Origin: Clostridiales bacterium
GTDB lineage: Bacteria > Bacillota > Clostridia > Lachnospirales > Lachnospiraceae
NCBI GenBank assembly: GCA_021204005.1
Contig: JAJQAD010000144.1
Coordinates: 1 to 56,106 of the forward strand
Length of the DNA: 56,106 bases
Reading direction: 5' to 3'
Made by a program: the position numbers and the translations under genes. Shown piece by piece: positions 36,386-46,797 of this stretch. Position 1 is the stretch's first letter; each line of letters starts with the position of its first letter. The notes under the pieces were generated by a model that saw only the letters and a list, made by a program, of their open reading frames with translations, did not search any database and had not been told where the DNA came from.

Positions 36386-38068
36386 ATGTATCAGACAGTA
36401 AAGGGCTGGCTGAAGACCAGTGGCCGCATCTTTGTCAACGAAGAAGGGCAGGAGGTCCTGCTGCGCGGCATGGGTGTCGCAAACTGGCTGAATCCGGAGG
36501 GTTTTTTATTCGGAGGAGCGCCGTTCGGCGGCGTGGTGGGGCGTTTTTCGCGTTCTGCTGAGTTTGACCGGGGACGCACTATGGATCAGTTTATCACGGA
36601 GCTCTGCGGCCCGTCCTATCAGAAAAAATTCTGGAGTGAGTGGGAGAAGCGCTACTTCGCGGAGGAAGATGTCCGGGCGATGAAAGAGCAGGGATTTAAT
36701 TCCGTCCGCCTGCCGCTGGACGCACGCCTGATTCTGAAGGAGGAACCCGGTTATCATTTTAATGAGGAACATCTGGCTATGCTTGATCACTATCTTGATC
36801 TGTGTGAGCAGTACGGGCTTTATGTGATTATGGATCTGCATGCGGCCTGCGCCGGACAGAGCGCAGTTTCCTGTGATGATGGCGTGGATAATCAGCCGCA
36901 CCTGTTCCTGGATGAGGAGGGAGCGGACCGGACCATCCGTTTGTGGGAAGAACTGGCAGCCCGCTGGGCGGACCGCTGGATCGTTGCCGGGTATGATCTC
37001 TTAAATGAGCCGATTGCATTGCCGATGTTTGATTATCTGGTGCCGGAGTTAAAGAAGTTTTATGACCGCCTGGTAACCGCCATTCGCGCGGTGGATCAGC
37101 GGCATATTCTGTTTATCCAGGGAAACCGGTTTGCGGGCCGGCTGGATATTTTTGATCATGATTATGACCCGGAGTATCATAACTGGGCAATCACCACGCA
37201 CTGCTATGAGACCTTCCCGGATCTGGCATTGTTCGGGCCGATACTGGCGAAGCGTGCGGAGTGGAATGTGCCGGTCTGGATGGGAGAGTGCGGCGGCAGC
37301 GACCCGAAAAATCCGGCTGTGGGCAATGCCTGGATGGTGGCGTTTTTTGAGTCGCTGATGGAGTACCATATCAGCTACAATATCTGGTGTGCCAAGGCGC
37401 TGGATGGTGTGGACGCGGCGTATACTTTTTCCTTTGCGGGACCTGACCCGGAGGCCTGGCAACAGGTCGTGGATTATTGCGGAAAGGGCGGTGCCAAGCC
37501 GGGCTATGCGAAGGCGATATCGGTCTTTGATGAACTTCTGGAAAAAATTTGTTATAAAAACTGTATAGAGCAGAAAGACCGTGTGGCGGTTATGCTGCGC
37601 AGACCGGGAATCTGTGTGCCTGCATCTGCATACGATACTGACAGTGAGCACCGCGGCTCGTGGCCTTACGCGCTGTTCTGCGGATTCCGCCGGGAAGACC
37701 GGATGCATCTGATCTATGAGCCGGGATATGTTCCCAACGATCTGGGCGGGTTGGCGATGATGAATCCGAATCCGGTCAAATACGGCGACTGGCCGCACAT
37801 CTGGCTGCAGCTGGATGAAGGCGACGCCGCATCCTATTCGGTTCGCGAGGCGGAAAAAGAAGTTTCGGTGAGATTGCAGATCTGTGGGGCGGCAGGGGCG
37901 AAAATTCGCGTGTCCGCAGACGGAAAAATCCTTTATGAGGGTGGCGTGCCGGCGGGGGAAAAACCGGAGTCACTGGATGTGGGAGTTGCTGGTGCCGGGG
38001 AGCGCGTGGTAGTCATGGTGGAAGCCGTGAGTGGAAGCGTGATATTTAAAGAGATAGAATTTATATAA
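36386..38068 (+). CDS. GH5 glycoside hydrolase with C-terminal beta-sandwich (CBM-like) domain
   Basis: NWLNPEG, GFNSVRLP, DLHAA..GQ, acid/base LLNEP, nucleophile WMGE.G; no signal peptide. Confidence 0.88.
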   Translation: MYQTVKGWLKTSGRIFVNEEGQEVLLRGMGVANWLNPEGFLFGGAPFGGVVGRFSRSAEFDRGRTMDQFITELCGPSYQKKFWSEWEKRYFAEEDVRAMKEQGFNSVRLPLDARLILKEEPGYHFNEEHLAMLDHYLDLCEQYGLYVIMDLHAACAGQSAVSCDDGVDNQPHLFLDEEGADRTIRLWEELAARWADRWIVAGYDLLNEPIALPMFDYLVPELKKFYDRLVTAIRAVDQRHILFIQGNRFAGRLDIFDHDYDPEYHNWAITTHCYETFPDLALFGPILAKRAEWNVPVWMGECGGSDPKNPAVGNAWMVAFFESLMEYHISYNIWCAKALDGVDAAYTFSFAGPDPEAWQQVVDYCGKGGAKPGYAKAISVFDELLEKICYKNCIEQKDRVAVMLRRPGICVPASAYDTDSEHRGSWPYALFCGFRREDRMHLIYEPGYVPNDLGGLAMMNPNPVKYGDWPHIWLQLDEGDAASYSVREAEKEVSVRLQICGAAGAKIRVSADGKILYEGGVPAGEKPESLDVGVAGAGERVVVMVEAVSGSVIFKEIEFI

Positions 38069-38090
38069 TTTTTTTGAGGAGGAGGTCACA

Positions 38091-40529
38091 ATGAAAGCAC
38101 AAAAATGGAACAGCAGCTGGAAATTCTGGCCGGATAAGGGGGCTTTTGCCCTGGTCTGGAACATTCCGGAGATCGCACGGGACATTGATCTGCCCCACGA
38201 TGCGATGCTGGAGACGCCCGCGCGGGCAGACAGCCCCAATGGGGGCAACACTGGCTACCGGGACGGGGATGTTTACACTTATGTGAAAATGCTTTACGCG
38301 CCAGAAGAGTATCGGGAGAAAACCGTGATGCTGAAGTTCGAGGGCGTATATATGAACGCGATGGTTTACGTCAACGAACAGCTTGCGGCGAAGTGTCCTT
38401 ATGGTTACACCGGGTTTTATGTAAAGCTGAATGATCATCTTCGTTATGGCCAGGACAATGAGATCCGGGTGCTGGTAAAAAACAGCGGGATGGCCAACAG
38501 CCGCTGGTATAGCGGAAGCGGAATCTACCGGGATGTCTATCTGCTGGTCTCCGACACTGTGTATCTGGAGCCGGAGGGCGTGCAGGTCACGACCGAATCC
38601 CTCGATGAGAATCTGGCTGTTCTGATGGTACGATCAGAGATAAAAAACCGCAGATACGCAACCGTGCCGCTTCGTCTGGAAACGACGATTCTGGATCCGT
38701 CCGGAGAGACTGCAGCAAAAGATACGGTTTGTCTGACCTTCTTTGAGGGCGGCGCACAGCGGGCGATGCAGCGAATTGCGGTGGCGCAGCCGAAAGCCTG
38801 GTCGGAGGATACGCCGGAACTGTACCGTGCGGTGAGCAGACTTTACGAGGGGGAGAAGCTGCTGGATGAGAGTGAGACGGTGTTCGGTATCCGCACACTG
38901 GAACTGGATGCGAAACGGGGACTTCGCGTGAACGGCACGCCGGTCAATCTGCGCGGTGCCTGCATTCACCATGACAGCGGTCTGCTGGGAGCTGCCACCT
39001 ATGCGGCGGCGGAGTACCGCAGGGTACAGCGGTTAAAAGCAGCCGGATTTAATGCCATCCGCATGTCCCATCACCCGGCGGCACCCGCACTTTTGCGCGC
39101 CTGTGACGCTCTGGGTGTGTACGTGATGGATGAGACGTTTGATATGTGGACGCGGTGCAAGTCGGACAATGACTATGCGCTTTACTTTGATCGGTGGTGG
39201 GAGACGGATGTGGAAGCCATGGTTCGCAAGGATTTCAATCATCCTTCCGTGATCCTCTACTCCGTTGGCAATGAAATTCCGGAGATCGGAACCGACCTGG
39301 GCGCCTCCATCTGCAATCAGATCTGTGAAAAAATCCGCTCCCTGGATAGTGGACGCTTTACCCTGGCCTCCATCAACGGCGTTTTCGCCGCGGGGGACAG
39401 CGTTGGCCGGATTATGGGAGATCTGCAGGAAGAACTGGCGGGTGCCGGTGAAGTGGATGACGACGCCAATGTCAACGACTTTATGTCGATTATGGATGCA
39501 CATATGGATCAGATTGTCTGCCACCGGGCGATTTCAGAGCGCCTGGAAAAGGCCTGTGCGGGCACGGACATCGCCGGTTACAATTATATGACGGCCAGGT
39601 ATGAGCCGGATGGCGAGACATACCCGAACCGCGTCATCGTGGGAAGCGAGACTTATCCGCCGGAGATTGCGCGGAACTGGGGACTGGTCCGGCGGCTGCC
39701 CCATGTGATCGGGGATTTCACCTGGACCGGCTGGGATTATATCGGTGAGGCCGGTGTCGGTGTGGTGGCTTATGCGCCGGGTGAGGGCGGATTCGGGGCG
39801 CAGTTCCCCTGCCAGCTTGCCTACTGCGGCGACATTGATATCACAGGCTTTCGCCGTCCAAACTCCTATTTCCGTGAGGCGGTATTCGGGCTTCGAAAGC
39901 GTCCATACATCACGCTGCAGAACCCTTACCGCTACGGGCAGAAAGACATGAAAACCGTGTGGGTGATCAGTGACAACCATTCTTCCTGGACTTTCCCTGG
40001 CTGTGAGGGCAAGCCGGTGATCGTGGAAGTCTACGCGCCGGGAGACGAGGTGGAGTTGTTTGCAAACGGAGTGTCTCTGGGAAGAAAACCGGCCGGTGAG
40101 GCAGCAGGCTTCCGCACCTTATTTGAGACTGTTTATGAGCCGGGTGCGCTACGGGCAGTGGCTTACGAGAACGGGACAGAGATCGGCAGCATGGATTTAA
40201 AGACTGCGGGAGAGATGGCGGAACTGAAGCTGAAAGCGGAAGAAGTGGCTGCGGAGGATGAGACGCTGATTTATGTGGAAATTGCTGCGGAGGATGCCGA
40301 CGGTATTGTATGCGATGCAGCGGAGCAGACCCTGCAGGCTGATGTGGTGGGCAACGCTGTGATTCTCGGTTTCGGCAGTGGGAATCCTAAGCCGGAATAT
40401 AACTTTATCACGGATCAGACAAAGACATTTTACGGCAGGGCATTGCTGATCCTGAAGCGTACCGGCAGCGGTGCTGTGAATGTGAGTGTGACGGCCGAGG
40501 GCGGGAAGAAGAAGGAGATATCGGTATGA
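38091..40529 (+). CDS. GH2 glycoside hydrolase (beta-galactosidase-like)
   Basis: LPHD, FEGVY, SRWYSGSGIYRDV, GFNAIRMSH.P, NHPSVILYSVGNE, GDFTWTGWDYIGE. Confidence 0.92.
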   Translation: MKAQKWNSSWKFWPDKGAFALVWNIPEIARDIDLPHDAMLETPARADSPNGGNTGYRDGDVYTYVKMLYAPEEYREKTVMLKFEGVYMNAMVYVNEQLAAKCPYGYTGFYVKLNDHLRYGQDNEIRVLVKNSGMANSRWYSGSGIYRDVYLLVSDTVYLEPEGVQVTTESLDENLAVLMVRSEIKNRRYATVPLRLETTILDPSGETAAKDTVCLTFFEGGAQRAMQRIAVAQPKAWSEDTPELYRAVSRLYEGEKLLDESETVFGIRTLELDAKRGLRVNGTPVNLRGACIHHDSGLLGAATYAAAEYRRVQRLKAAGFNAIRMSHHPAAPALLRACDALGVYVMDETFDMWTRCKSDNDYALYFDRWWETDVEAMVRKDFNHPSVILYSVGNEIPEIGTDLGASICNQICEKIRSLDSGRFTLASINGVFAAGDSVGRIMGDLQEELAGAGEVDDDANVNDFMSIMDAHMDQIVCHRAISERLEKACAGTDIAGYNYMTARYEPDGETYPNRVIVGSETYPPEIARNWGLVRRLPHVIGDFTWTGWDYIGEAGVGVVAYAPGEGGFGAQFPCQLAYCGDIDITGFRRPNSYFREAVFGLRKRPYITLQNPYRYGQKDMKTVWVISDNHSSWTFPGCEGKPVIVEVYAPGDEVELFANGVSLGRKPAGEAAGFRTLFETVYEPGALRAVAYENGTEIGSMDLKTAGEMAELKLKAEEVAAEDETLIYVEIAAEDADGIVCDAAEQTLQADVVGNAVILGFGSGNPKPEYNFITDQTKTFYGRALLILKRTGSGAVNVSVTAEGGKKKEISV

Positions 40530-40996
40530 CAAACAGCAAACCAATTGAGTGGATTACGGAAATCGGAGAGGCGTTGGGGCATAAATTTGCGAGACTTTTC
40601 TGTCTGGCGGCGGCGATTGCCCTCATTATTGTTTTTCTGGGGATGCCGTATCTGATTTTCATCATAGCCGGCGTTGTGTTTCTCATTCTCTTCTTTGTGC
40701 TGAATCTGCGCGCGTTTGTGGAGTATGAGTTTACCTGGTTCGCGGAGGAGTTGCGCGTGGTTGCTATCTATAACCAGAGACGCCGCAAAAAGAAAATCGT
40801 TATCCAACTGTCAGATATGCAGTATCTGGTAAAAAAGATCGAGCCGGGGAATGAGACGATTTACTGCTGTGCGCGGCGGGATGAAGGCCATACCTATACA
40901 TTGGCATGCAATCAGGAAGGCCGGAGAGTGAATCTGGTTCTCCAGCCGGATCCCGCGTTCCTGGAGGAACTGCAGCGGAGGCGGCTGGTGCGGTAG
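40526..40996 (+). CDS. Hypothetical membrane protein (two TM helices + soluble domain)
   Basis: ATGA overlap with the GH2 gene; VEYEFT...L.V..IYN...RKK. Confidence 0.7.
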   Translation: MTNSKPIEWITEIGEALGHKFARLFCLAAAIALIIVFLGMPYLIFIIAGVVFLILFFVLNLRAFVEYEFTWFAEELRVVAIYNQRRRKKKIVIQLSDMQYLVKKIEPGNETIYCCARRDEGHTYTLACNQEGRRVNLVLQPDPAFLEELQRRRLVR

Positions 40997-41044
40997 GGCG
41001 TTTATAAATGTTTTTTGCGTAATGGTACATCTTAAGCAGTGCCA

Positions 41045-41932
41045 TCACACAGTTTGAAACAATTCCAGAAATTGATTACAAATGGCAGACACGGGTTGAA
41101 GCGGATTGATAGCCAGATACAGAGTGCGCGGTTTGATCGCGGTCTGGGTCATAATCTGCTTTAGCTCGCCGTCTGCGATTTTTTTGCTTACAAAATTCTC
41201 GGGCAAAATTCCGATGCCGAGATTCTGTTCTACAAGTGGGAGTACGAGTCCGGTGCTTCGCACCGTAAATTCCGGGGTGAATAACACATTGTATTCCAGA
41301 AACCACTGTTCAATATAGTCACGGACGCTGTTCCCTTCTTCTACGGCGATCAGGGGATAGTTAGCCAGATCGGCCTGAGTGTAAGTTCGGCCAAAATCCA
41401 TGGGAAAAGATGGTCCGGCTACAGGAACATCCTGAACGGAACCGATATTTGTAAGCTGAAATTGAAATTCCGGGGGAATCGGAGAGATTAGAAAAGCTGC
41501 TTCGATTTCTCCGGATTGCAGTTTCTGACAGGTATCCCGAATCGTAGAGCCGGCAAAGGAGATGGATATTTTCGGGAATCTCTGCCGAATCTCCGGGAGT
41601 TTCGATGCCAGAAATAAGTGCAGTGATGTCTCCGTGGCTCCAATTTTTAATTCTCCCATCTTTAAATCAGTCATATTGTTTAATTGCCTTTCGCCGGTCT
41701 GTAATTCTGCAAAGGCTTTTTTTACGTGTTCATATAAAACGGTTCCCTCTTTTGTCAGCTCCAGCCCGTGGGAGGATCGGGTAAACAGATTACAACCCAA
41801 TTCAACTTCCAATTTTTTTACCGACTGGCTGACGGCTGGTTGTGTCAGGCAAAGCTGGTCGGCCGCTTTTGTAAAGCTGAGAAAATTTGCTGTCATAAAA
41901 AATGTACGGTAGTATTCCAGATTGCAGATCAT
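41045..41932 (-). CDS. LysR family transcriptional regulator
   Basis: SFTKAADQLCLTQPAVSQSVKKLE.ELG..LF.R...LT.EG; divergent from atuA. Confidence 0.93.
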   Translation of the reverse strand: MICNLEYYRTFFMTANFLSFTKAADQLCLTQPAVSQSVKKLEVELGCNLFTRSSHGLELTKEGTVLYEHVKKAFAELQTGERQLNNMTDLKMGELKIGATETSLHLFLASKLPEIRQRFPKISISFAGSTIRDTCQKLQSGEIEAAFLISPIPPEFQFQLTNIGSVQDVPVAGPSFPMDFGRTYTQADLANYPLIAVEEGNSVRDYIEQWFLEYNVLFTPEFTVRSTGLVLPLVEQNLGIGILPENFVSKKIADGELKQIMTQTAIKPRTLYLAINPLQPVSAICNQFLELFQTV

Positions 41933-41988
41933 GGCATTTTCCTCTGATTGGCAAATGACAGGAAGACGATTTTTCATAAATTCCCGTC

Positions 41989-42053
41989 ATAAATCTAAAT
42001 TATGCATCTATTAAAAACACTAATTTGAATTATACCATAGAGCAAATTATAAT
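41989..42053 (+). promoter_or_regulatory. LysR box plus SigA promoter of the atuA operon
   Basis: ATAA-N7-TTAT (41989-42003, T-N11-A) upstream of TTGAAT (42025-30), 17 nt, TATAAT (42048-53). Confidence 0.65.
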
Positions 42054-42131
42054 ACAAATAAAAAGAGGGGCAAGCGAAGAATTATATTTGATGACTGACG
42101 AATCACACAGGGAGGACAGGAGAGAATCACA

Positions 42132-43481
42132 ATGAAAAAAGTAAGAATCGGTTCCGGTGCCGGGTATGCAGGTGATCGGATTGAACCCGCCATTGATTTG
42201 ATGAAATATGGAAAACTGGATTATATCATTTTTGAATGTCTGGCGGAGCGGACAATTTCCATCGCACAGAAGAAAAAACAGGAGAATCCGAAGCTGGGAT
42301 ATAATGATCTGCTGGAATATCGGTTTGACCGAATTCTGGATGCCTGGAGAGAAAATCCGGTGCGCGTGATCACAAATATGGGGGCAGCAAATCCGAAATC
42401 TGCGGCTGAAAAGTGCCGGGAGATGGCAACGGAAAAAGGGATTGTCGGTTTAAATATTGCGTATGTGACCGGCGATGATGTCACAGACCACTTAGAGGAA
42501 TACCGGGATTGTGTGGCGATAGAAACCGGTCGTCCGCTTTCTGAAATCCATGGAGAAATCCTCTCGGCCAACGGTTATATTGGTGTGGATGGGATTGTAA
42601 AAGCGTTGAAAGCAGGGGCAGATATTGTGATTACCGGACGTGTGGCTGACCCATCTCTGACGCTGGGATCTCTGGTGTATGAATTTGGATGGAGCATGGA
42701 TGATTATACGCACCTCGGTCGGGGCACTCTTGCGGGGCATTTGCTGGAATGTGCCGGTCAGGTAACAGGGGGATATTATGCTGATCCGGGTTACAAGGAT
42801 GTGCCGCGACTCTGGGATCTGGGATTTCCCATTGCTGAGGTGGACGAGGATGGAATCTGTGTGATTTCCAAGCTGGAGACAGCTGGTGGGATGGTAACGG
42901 AGGACACGGTAAAAGAGCAGATTATTTATGAGATACAGGATCCGGAAAATTATTATACACCAGATGTCATTGCTGGTTTTTCTAAAGTTTGTGTGGAACA
43001 GATTGGTAAAGACCAGGTGCGGATCACGGGTATCGATGGCAAGGCTCCAAACGGATATTATAAGACCAGTGTTGGCTATCATGACTGTTATATCGGTGAG
43101 GGGCAGATTAGCTACGGCGGGAGTAATGCTCTGAAAAGGGCACAGTTAGCCAGGAAAGTTCTGGAACATCGGTTTACGATGAAAGAGATGGAACTGGAGG
43201 AAGTGCGGTTTGATTATATCGGAGTGAATTCCCTGTACCGGGATGAGGTATCGAGGGAAATGGCAGTTTTTTCTGGATACCCTGTAGAGGTTCGTCTGCG
43301 TGTGGCGGCCCGCACTCAGGATCGAGAGACGGCTGAACTGATTGGAAATGAGGTGGAGGCGCTTTACACCAACGGTCCCTGCGGCGGCGGCGGAGCGGAG
43401 AAGCGAATTCGCGATATAGTCAGCATCGCTTCGATTCTGATTCCGGTCGACCAGTTTGAAATTCGTGTGGCGTTAGTCTGA
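42132..43481 (+). CDS. Acyclic terpene utilization AtuA family protein (DUF1446)
   Basis: RIGSGAGYAGDR, FECLAERT, GADIVITGRVAD, GHLLEC..QVTGG, GFPIAE, EQIIYEI.DP..Y.TPDV, LYTNGP.GG. Confidence 0.9.
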   Translation: MKKVRIGSGAGYAGDRIEPAIDLMKYGKLDYIIFECLAERTISIAQKKKQENPKLGYNDLLEYRFDRILDAWRENPVRVITNMGAANPKSAAEKCREMATEKGIVGLNIAYVTGDDVTDHLEEYRDCVAIETGRPLSEIHGEILSANGYIGVDGIVKALKAGADIVITGRVADPSLTLGSLVYEFGWSMDDYTHLGRGTLAGHLLECAGQVTGGYYADPGYKDVPRLWDLGFPIAEVDEDGICVISKLETAGGMVTEDTVKEQIIYEIQDPENYYTPDVIAGFSKVCVEQIGKDQVRITGIDGKAPNGYYKTSVGYHDCYIGEGQISYGGSNALKRAQLARKVLEHRFTMKEMELEEVRFDYIGVNSLYRDEVSREMAVFSGYPVEVRLRVAARTQDRETAELIGNEVEALYTNGPCGGGGAEKRIRDIVSIASILIPVDQFEIRVALV

Positions 43482-43568
43482 AAATTGCGGTGTTGTAAGT
43501 AGACGGAAGTAAAATGATAAAAACGAATTATATTTTAGCAAGCTTTGAAAATGACAAAGGAGACTGAG

Positions 43569-43868
43569 ATGAAATTAAAGGAATTTGCCCATTCCCGGAC
43601 TGGAGATAAGGGAAATATATCCGTGATATCGGTGATTGCCTACAAAAAAGAAGACTATCCCCTTTTGCTGGAACGTGTGACGGCTGAAAGAATCAAAGAG
43701 TATTTCTCAGAGATTGTTCACGGGAACGTGACACGTTATGAAATGCACGGTATCTGTGCGCTGAATTTTGTCATGGAGGACGCTCTGGGAGGCGGTGTGA
43801 CACGGTCGTTGGCATTGGATATGCATGGGAAAACGCTGGGGAGTGCGCTGCTGGAAATGGAAATTTAG
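43569..43868 (+). CDS. AtuA-related C-terminal ferredoxin-fold protein
   Basis: AHSRTGDKGN, V.RY, ALNFV...LGGG...SL..D.HGK. Confidence 0.85.
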   Translation: MKLKEFAHSRTGDKGNISVISVIAYKKEDYPLLLERVTAERIKEYFSEIVHGNVTRYEMHGICALNFVMEDALGGGVTRSLALDMHGKTLGSALLEMEI

Positions 43869-44063
43869 AAAGGTGATACAACGGATTCGGATGATAAAAA
43901 TGAGAAATATCCGATAACCTTGTAGATTTTGTAAGGATCGATAAATTAATACCCATGATAGCCCTGCGAAGAAGGAGGGGAGAGGTTGGTTGCAGAGTGA
44001 ATCCAGGCCGCTATATAAATAAAAAATATATGAATGAAAACAAAGAAAAAGGAGAAAAAAGAG

Positions 44064-45737
44064 ATGAAAAAGAGGATACTTGCATTATTATTGTCATCAG
44101 CAATGGTTGTGACAGCCTTGAGTGGATGTGGAGGGGGTACTACTTCCGCAGAGAGCAATGACAGTTCAACCGAGTCAGCAGACACGGAAAGCGAATCGGT
44201 GAATTCAGGTACAGAAAACGAAAGCAGCACGGTGACAATCAGCGTGGACAGCGAAGTTTATTCTGCAGATGAGGTGACTACAGGAGGAACCCTCCGAATC
44301 GGAACAACGAAAAACCCTTCTGTTGTGGGATATACACCGGAAATTACAATCAATTCCCATACTCAGTTTTTGAGATGTGCTTATGAGTCTTTGCTCTATT
44401 ATGATGAGGACGGTAATCTGACAGGGCAGTTGGCGACAGACTGGGAAACAAATGCGGATGACTGTACAATTAGCTTTACGTTGGTGGAAGGGGTACAGTT
44501 TTCTGATGGAACTGACTTTAATGCGGAGGCGGTGAAGTGGAACATAGAGCAGTATCAGGAAGCCGGACGCTCAGAGGTTTCTTATATTGAAAGCATAGAA
44601 GTGACCGGAGATTACAGCGTTCTGATTCATTTGGACTCATGGAATTCTTCTGCATTGGAGTGTATCGGATTCTTTGTATATTATATGTCTCCGTCTGCTT
44701 ATGAGGAAAATGGCGTTGACTGGATGCGTGTCAATTCTGCCGGCACTGGTCCCTTTATTGTTACTGATTTCGAACAGGGTGTGTCTGTAAGTTATGAAAA
44801 GAATGAGAACTATCGGGTAGAGGGGCAGCCATATCTGGATGGCATTGAGTATACAATTTACGCGGATGTCACAACTGTTGAGAATGCCATGCTTGCTAAT
44901 GAAATAGATGTAATAACTAATGGTGGAGATGTGGACATGATTACGCATCTGGCAGAGGAAGATGATATCCTCATGAGTCAGAATGAAAATGGTCGGGGTG
45001 CAGGATCTGTGGGGCTGATTACGAGCAGCGCGGATGAGGATGACCCATTCTATGATGCGCGGGTCAGGCAGGCATTTTGTTATGCAGTCGACTATGATAG
45101 TATTATCGAAGCTTTGAGTTATGGACTTTATGAAGTTACAGATCAGTGGGCAGTTCCTGGTTCTGTAACGTATAATACAGATATGGAAGGATATTCCTAT
45201 GATCCGGAAAAAGCGAAAGCACTTTTGACAGAAGCAGGATACGCGGATGGTTTTGAGACAACCATTTACACAACAAATAACAGATTTTACCAGAACGTAG
45301 TTCAGGCGGTATCAGCGCAATTGGCAGAGGTTGGTATTATAGCAAATGTTGAAATCATAGACAGTGCAACGATGAGTTCACAGATGTCAGATGGATGGAA
45401 TGGTATCACCTGGCACTTTGCATCTATTGATCCGGATCTTGGATTATATATGGCGCGCCATCTGAGTGAGGATGGTTCCTATTATGCAGCTGGTATCCAG
45501 CACCCGCAGGATTGCCTGGATTTGTTGAGCGAGATTCAGAGTGCTACGGATGAGGACAGCAAGGTGGCATTGGAGCGGGAACTGATGGAAAAGGTATACG
45601 GAGAGCAGGCACTGTTTGGAAGAACAATGTATGTAACGCTGAATGTCTATGAGCGTTATGATTATGTAAAGGGTGGGCAGTTCGGTCTTGTACATACGGC
45701 AACCTGGTCACCGGCTACAACATGGATGGATAAATAG
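44064..45737 (+). CDS. ABC transporter substrate-binding lipoprotein (family 5, Opp/Dpp-like)
   Basis: Signal peptide with lipobox LSGC; L..GV.FSDGT.FNAEAV; GTGPF; RVRQA; YDPEKAKALL.EAGY. Confidence 0.92.
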   Translation: MKKRILALLLSSAMVVTALSGCGGGTTSAESNDSSTESADTESESVNSGTENESSTVTISVDSEVYSADEVTTGGTLRIGTTKNPSVVGYTPEITINSHTQFLRCAYESLLYYDEDGNLTGQLATDWETNADDCTISFTLVEGVQFSDGTDFNAEAVKWNIEQYQEAGRSEVSYIESIEVTGDYSVLIHLDSWNSSALECIGFFVYYMSPSAYEENGVDWMRVNSAGTGPFIVTDFEQGVSVSYEKNENYRVEGQPYLDGIEYTIYADVTTVENAMLANEIDVITNGGDVDMITHLAEEDDILMSQNENGRGAGSVGLITSSADEDDPFYDARVRQAFCYAVDYDSIIEALSYGLYEVTDQWAVPGSVTYNTDMEGYSYDPEKAKALLTEAGYADGFETTIYTTNNRFYQNVVQAVSAQLAEVGIIANVEIIDSATMSSQMSDGWNGITWHFASIDPDLGLYMARHLSEDGSYYAAGIQHPQDCLDLLSEIQSATDEDSKVALERELMEKVYGEQALFGRTMYVTLNVYERYDYVKGGQFGLVHTATWSPATTWMDK

Positions 45738-45784
45738 TATCAGGTTTTTGGTTGACGGATAAACGAATAGTTTCTCAGATTTTA

Positions 45785-45813
45785 CGGGGCTGTCATGTTG
45801 TATGACAGCTCCG
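45785..45813 (+). other. Intercistronic stem-loop after the binding-protein gene (mRNA stabiliser/attenuator)
   Basis: CGGGGCTGTCAT / ATGACAGCTCCG. Confidence 0.6.
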
Positions 45814-45838
45814 AGCGGTAAAGGGAAGGAGAACTTCT

Positions 45839-46786
45839 ATGGGAAAATATATATTGAAACGACTGGGACAATCGCTCATTGTCGTCTTTATTGTCACGGT
45901 CATCGTCTTCGGCCTGATGCACATGCTTCCAGGTGATCCGGTGAAGATTTATCTTGGAGATTCAGCTACCGAGGAACAAATAGCGTATTACACGCAGATG
46001 TTTGGGCTGGATAAACCACTGTATGTCCAGTATGCGAAGTGGATTGGCGGTTTGTTTAAGGGAGAGATGGGAACTTCCATTGTTTACCATACAGATGTTT
46101 CCGCTCTGCTCTTAAAACGTGTAAGGTGTACGTTGTCTGTTACTGTGCCGGCATTTGTATTGGCTCTGATTCTGGGTGTAATCCTAGGTGTCGTCACAGC
46201 GACACATAGAGGAAAAAAGCTGGATTCTATCATCACTTCAATTTCCAATGTCGGGATTGCAACTCCCACATTCTGGATTGGTATAATTCTGGTATATATT
46301 CTGGCGTTAAAGCTGAATATGTTGCCAAGTTCCGGATATGTTTTTATGAGTGAAAGTGTTGGTGAGCATATTAAGTCGTTAATTATGCCGGTTTTTGTGT
46401 TGGCGTTGGGTTATCTGGCATCTACCATCCGCCAGACACGATCGTCCATGTTGGAGGTAATATCTCAGGATTACATCAGGACGGCATGGGCTAAAGGTTT
46501 GAGCGAGAAAAAAGTGATTTATAAGCATGCGCTGCGCAACGCGTTGATTCCTATTGTTACTGTGATGGGAAATACTGTGGGCGGTCTGATTGGCGGTACG
46601 GTGATTATTGAAAATCTGTTTAATATCCCGGGAGTCGGTTCTTTGATGCTGACGGCAATCATGAACAAGGACTATATGGTAGCACAGAATATCACATTTC
46701 TCATCGCTGTGGTAGTAGTGGTATGCAATCTGGCGATTGATATCCTGTATGGATATATTGATCCGCGCATCAGGGTTGCAGAGTAG
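45839..46786 (+). CDS. ABC transporter permease (DppB/OppB-like)
   Basis: PGDP, GLDKP, DYIRTAWAKGL, HALRNALIP, IDPRIR. Confidence 0.93.
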   Translation: MGKYILKRLGQSLIVVFIVTVIVFGLMHMLPGDPVKIYLGDSATEEQIAYYTQMFGLDKPLYVQYAKWIGGLFKGEMGTSIVYHTDVSALLLKRVRCTLSVTVPAFVLALILGVILGVVTATHRGKKLDSIITSISNVGIATPTFWIGIILVYILALKLNMLPSSGYVFMSESVGEHIKSLIMPVFVLALGYLASTIRQTRSSMLEVISQDYIRTAWAKGLSEKKVIYKHALRNALIPIVTVMGNTVGGLIGGTVIIENLFNIPGVGSLMLTAIMNKDYMVAQNITFLIAVVVVVCNLAIDILYGYIDPRIRVAE

Positions 46787-46797
46787 GGAGGTGTGAA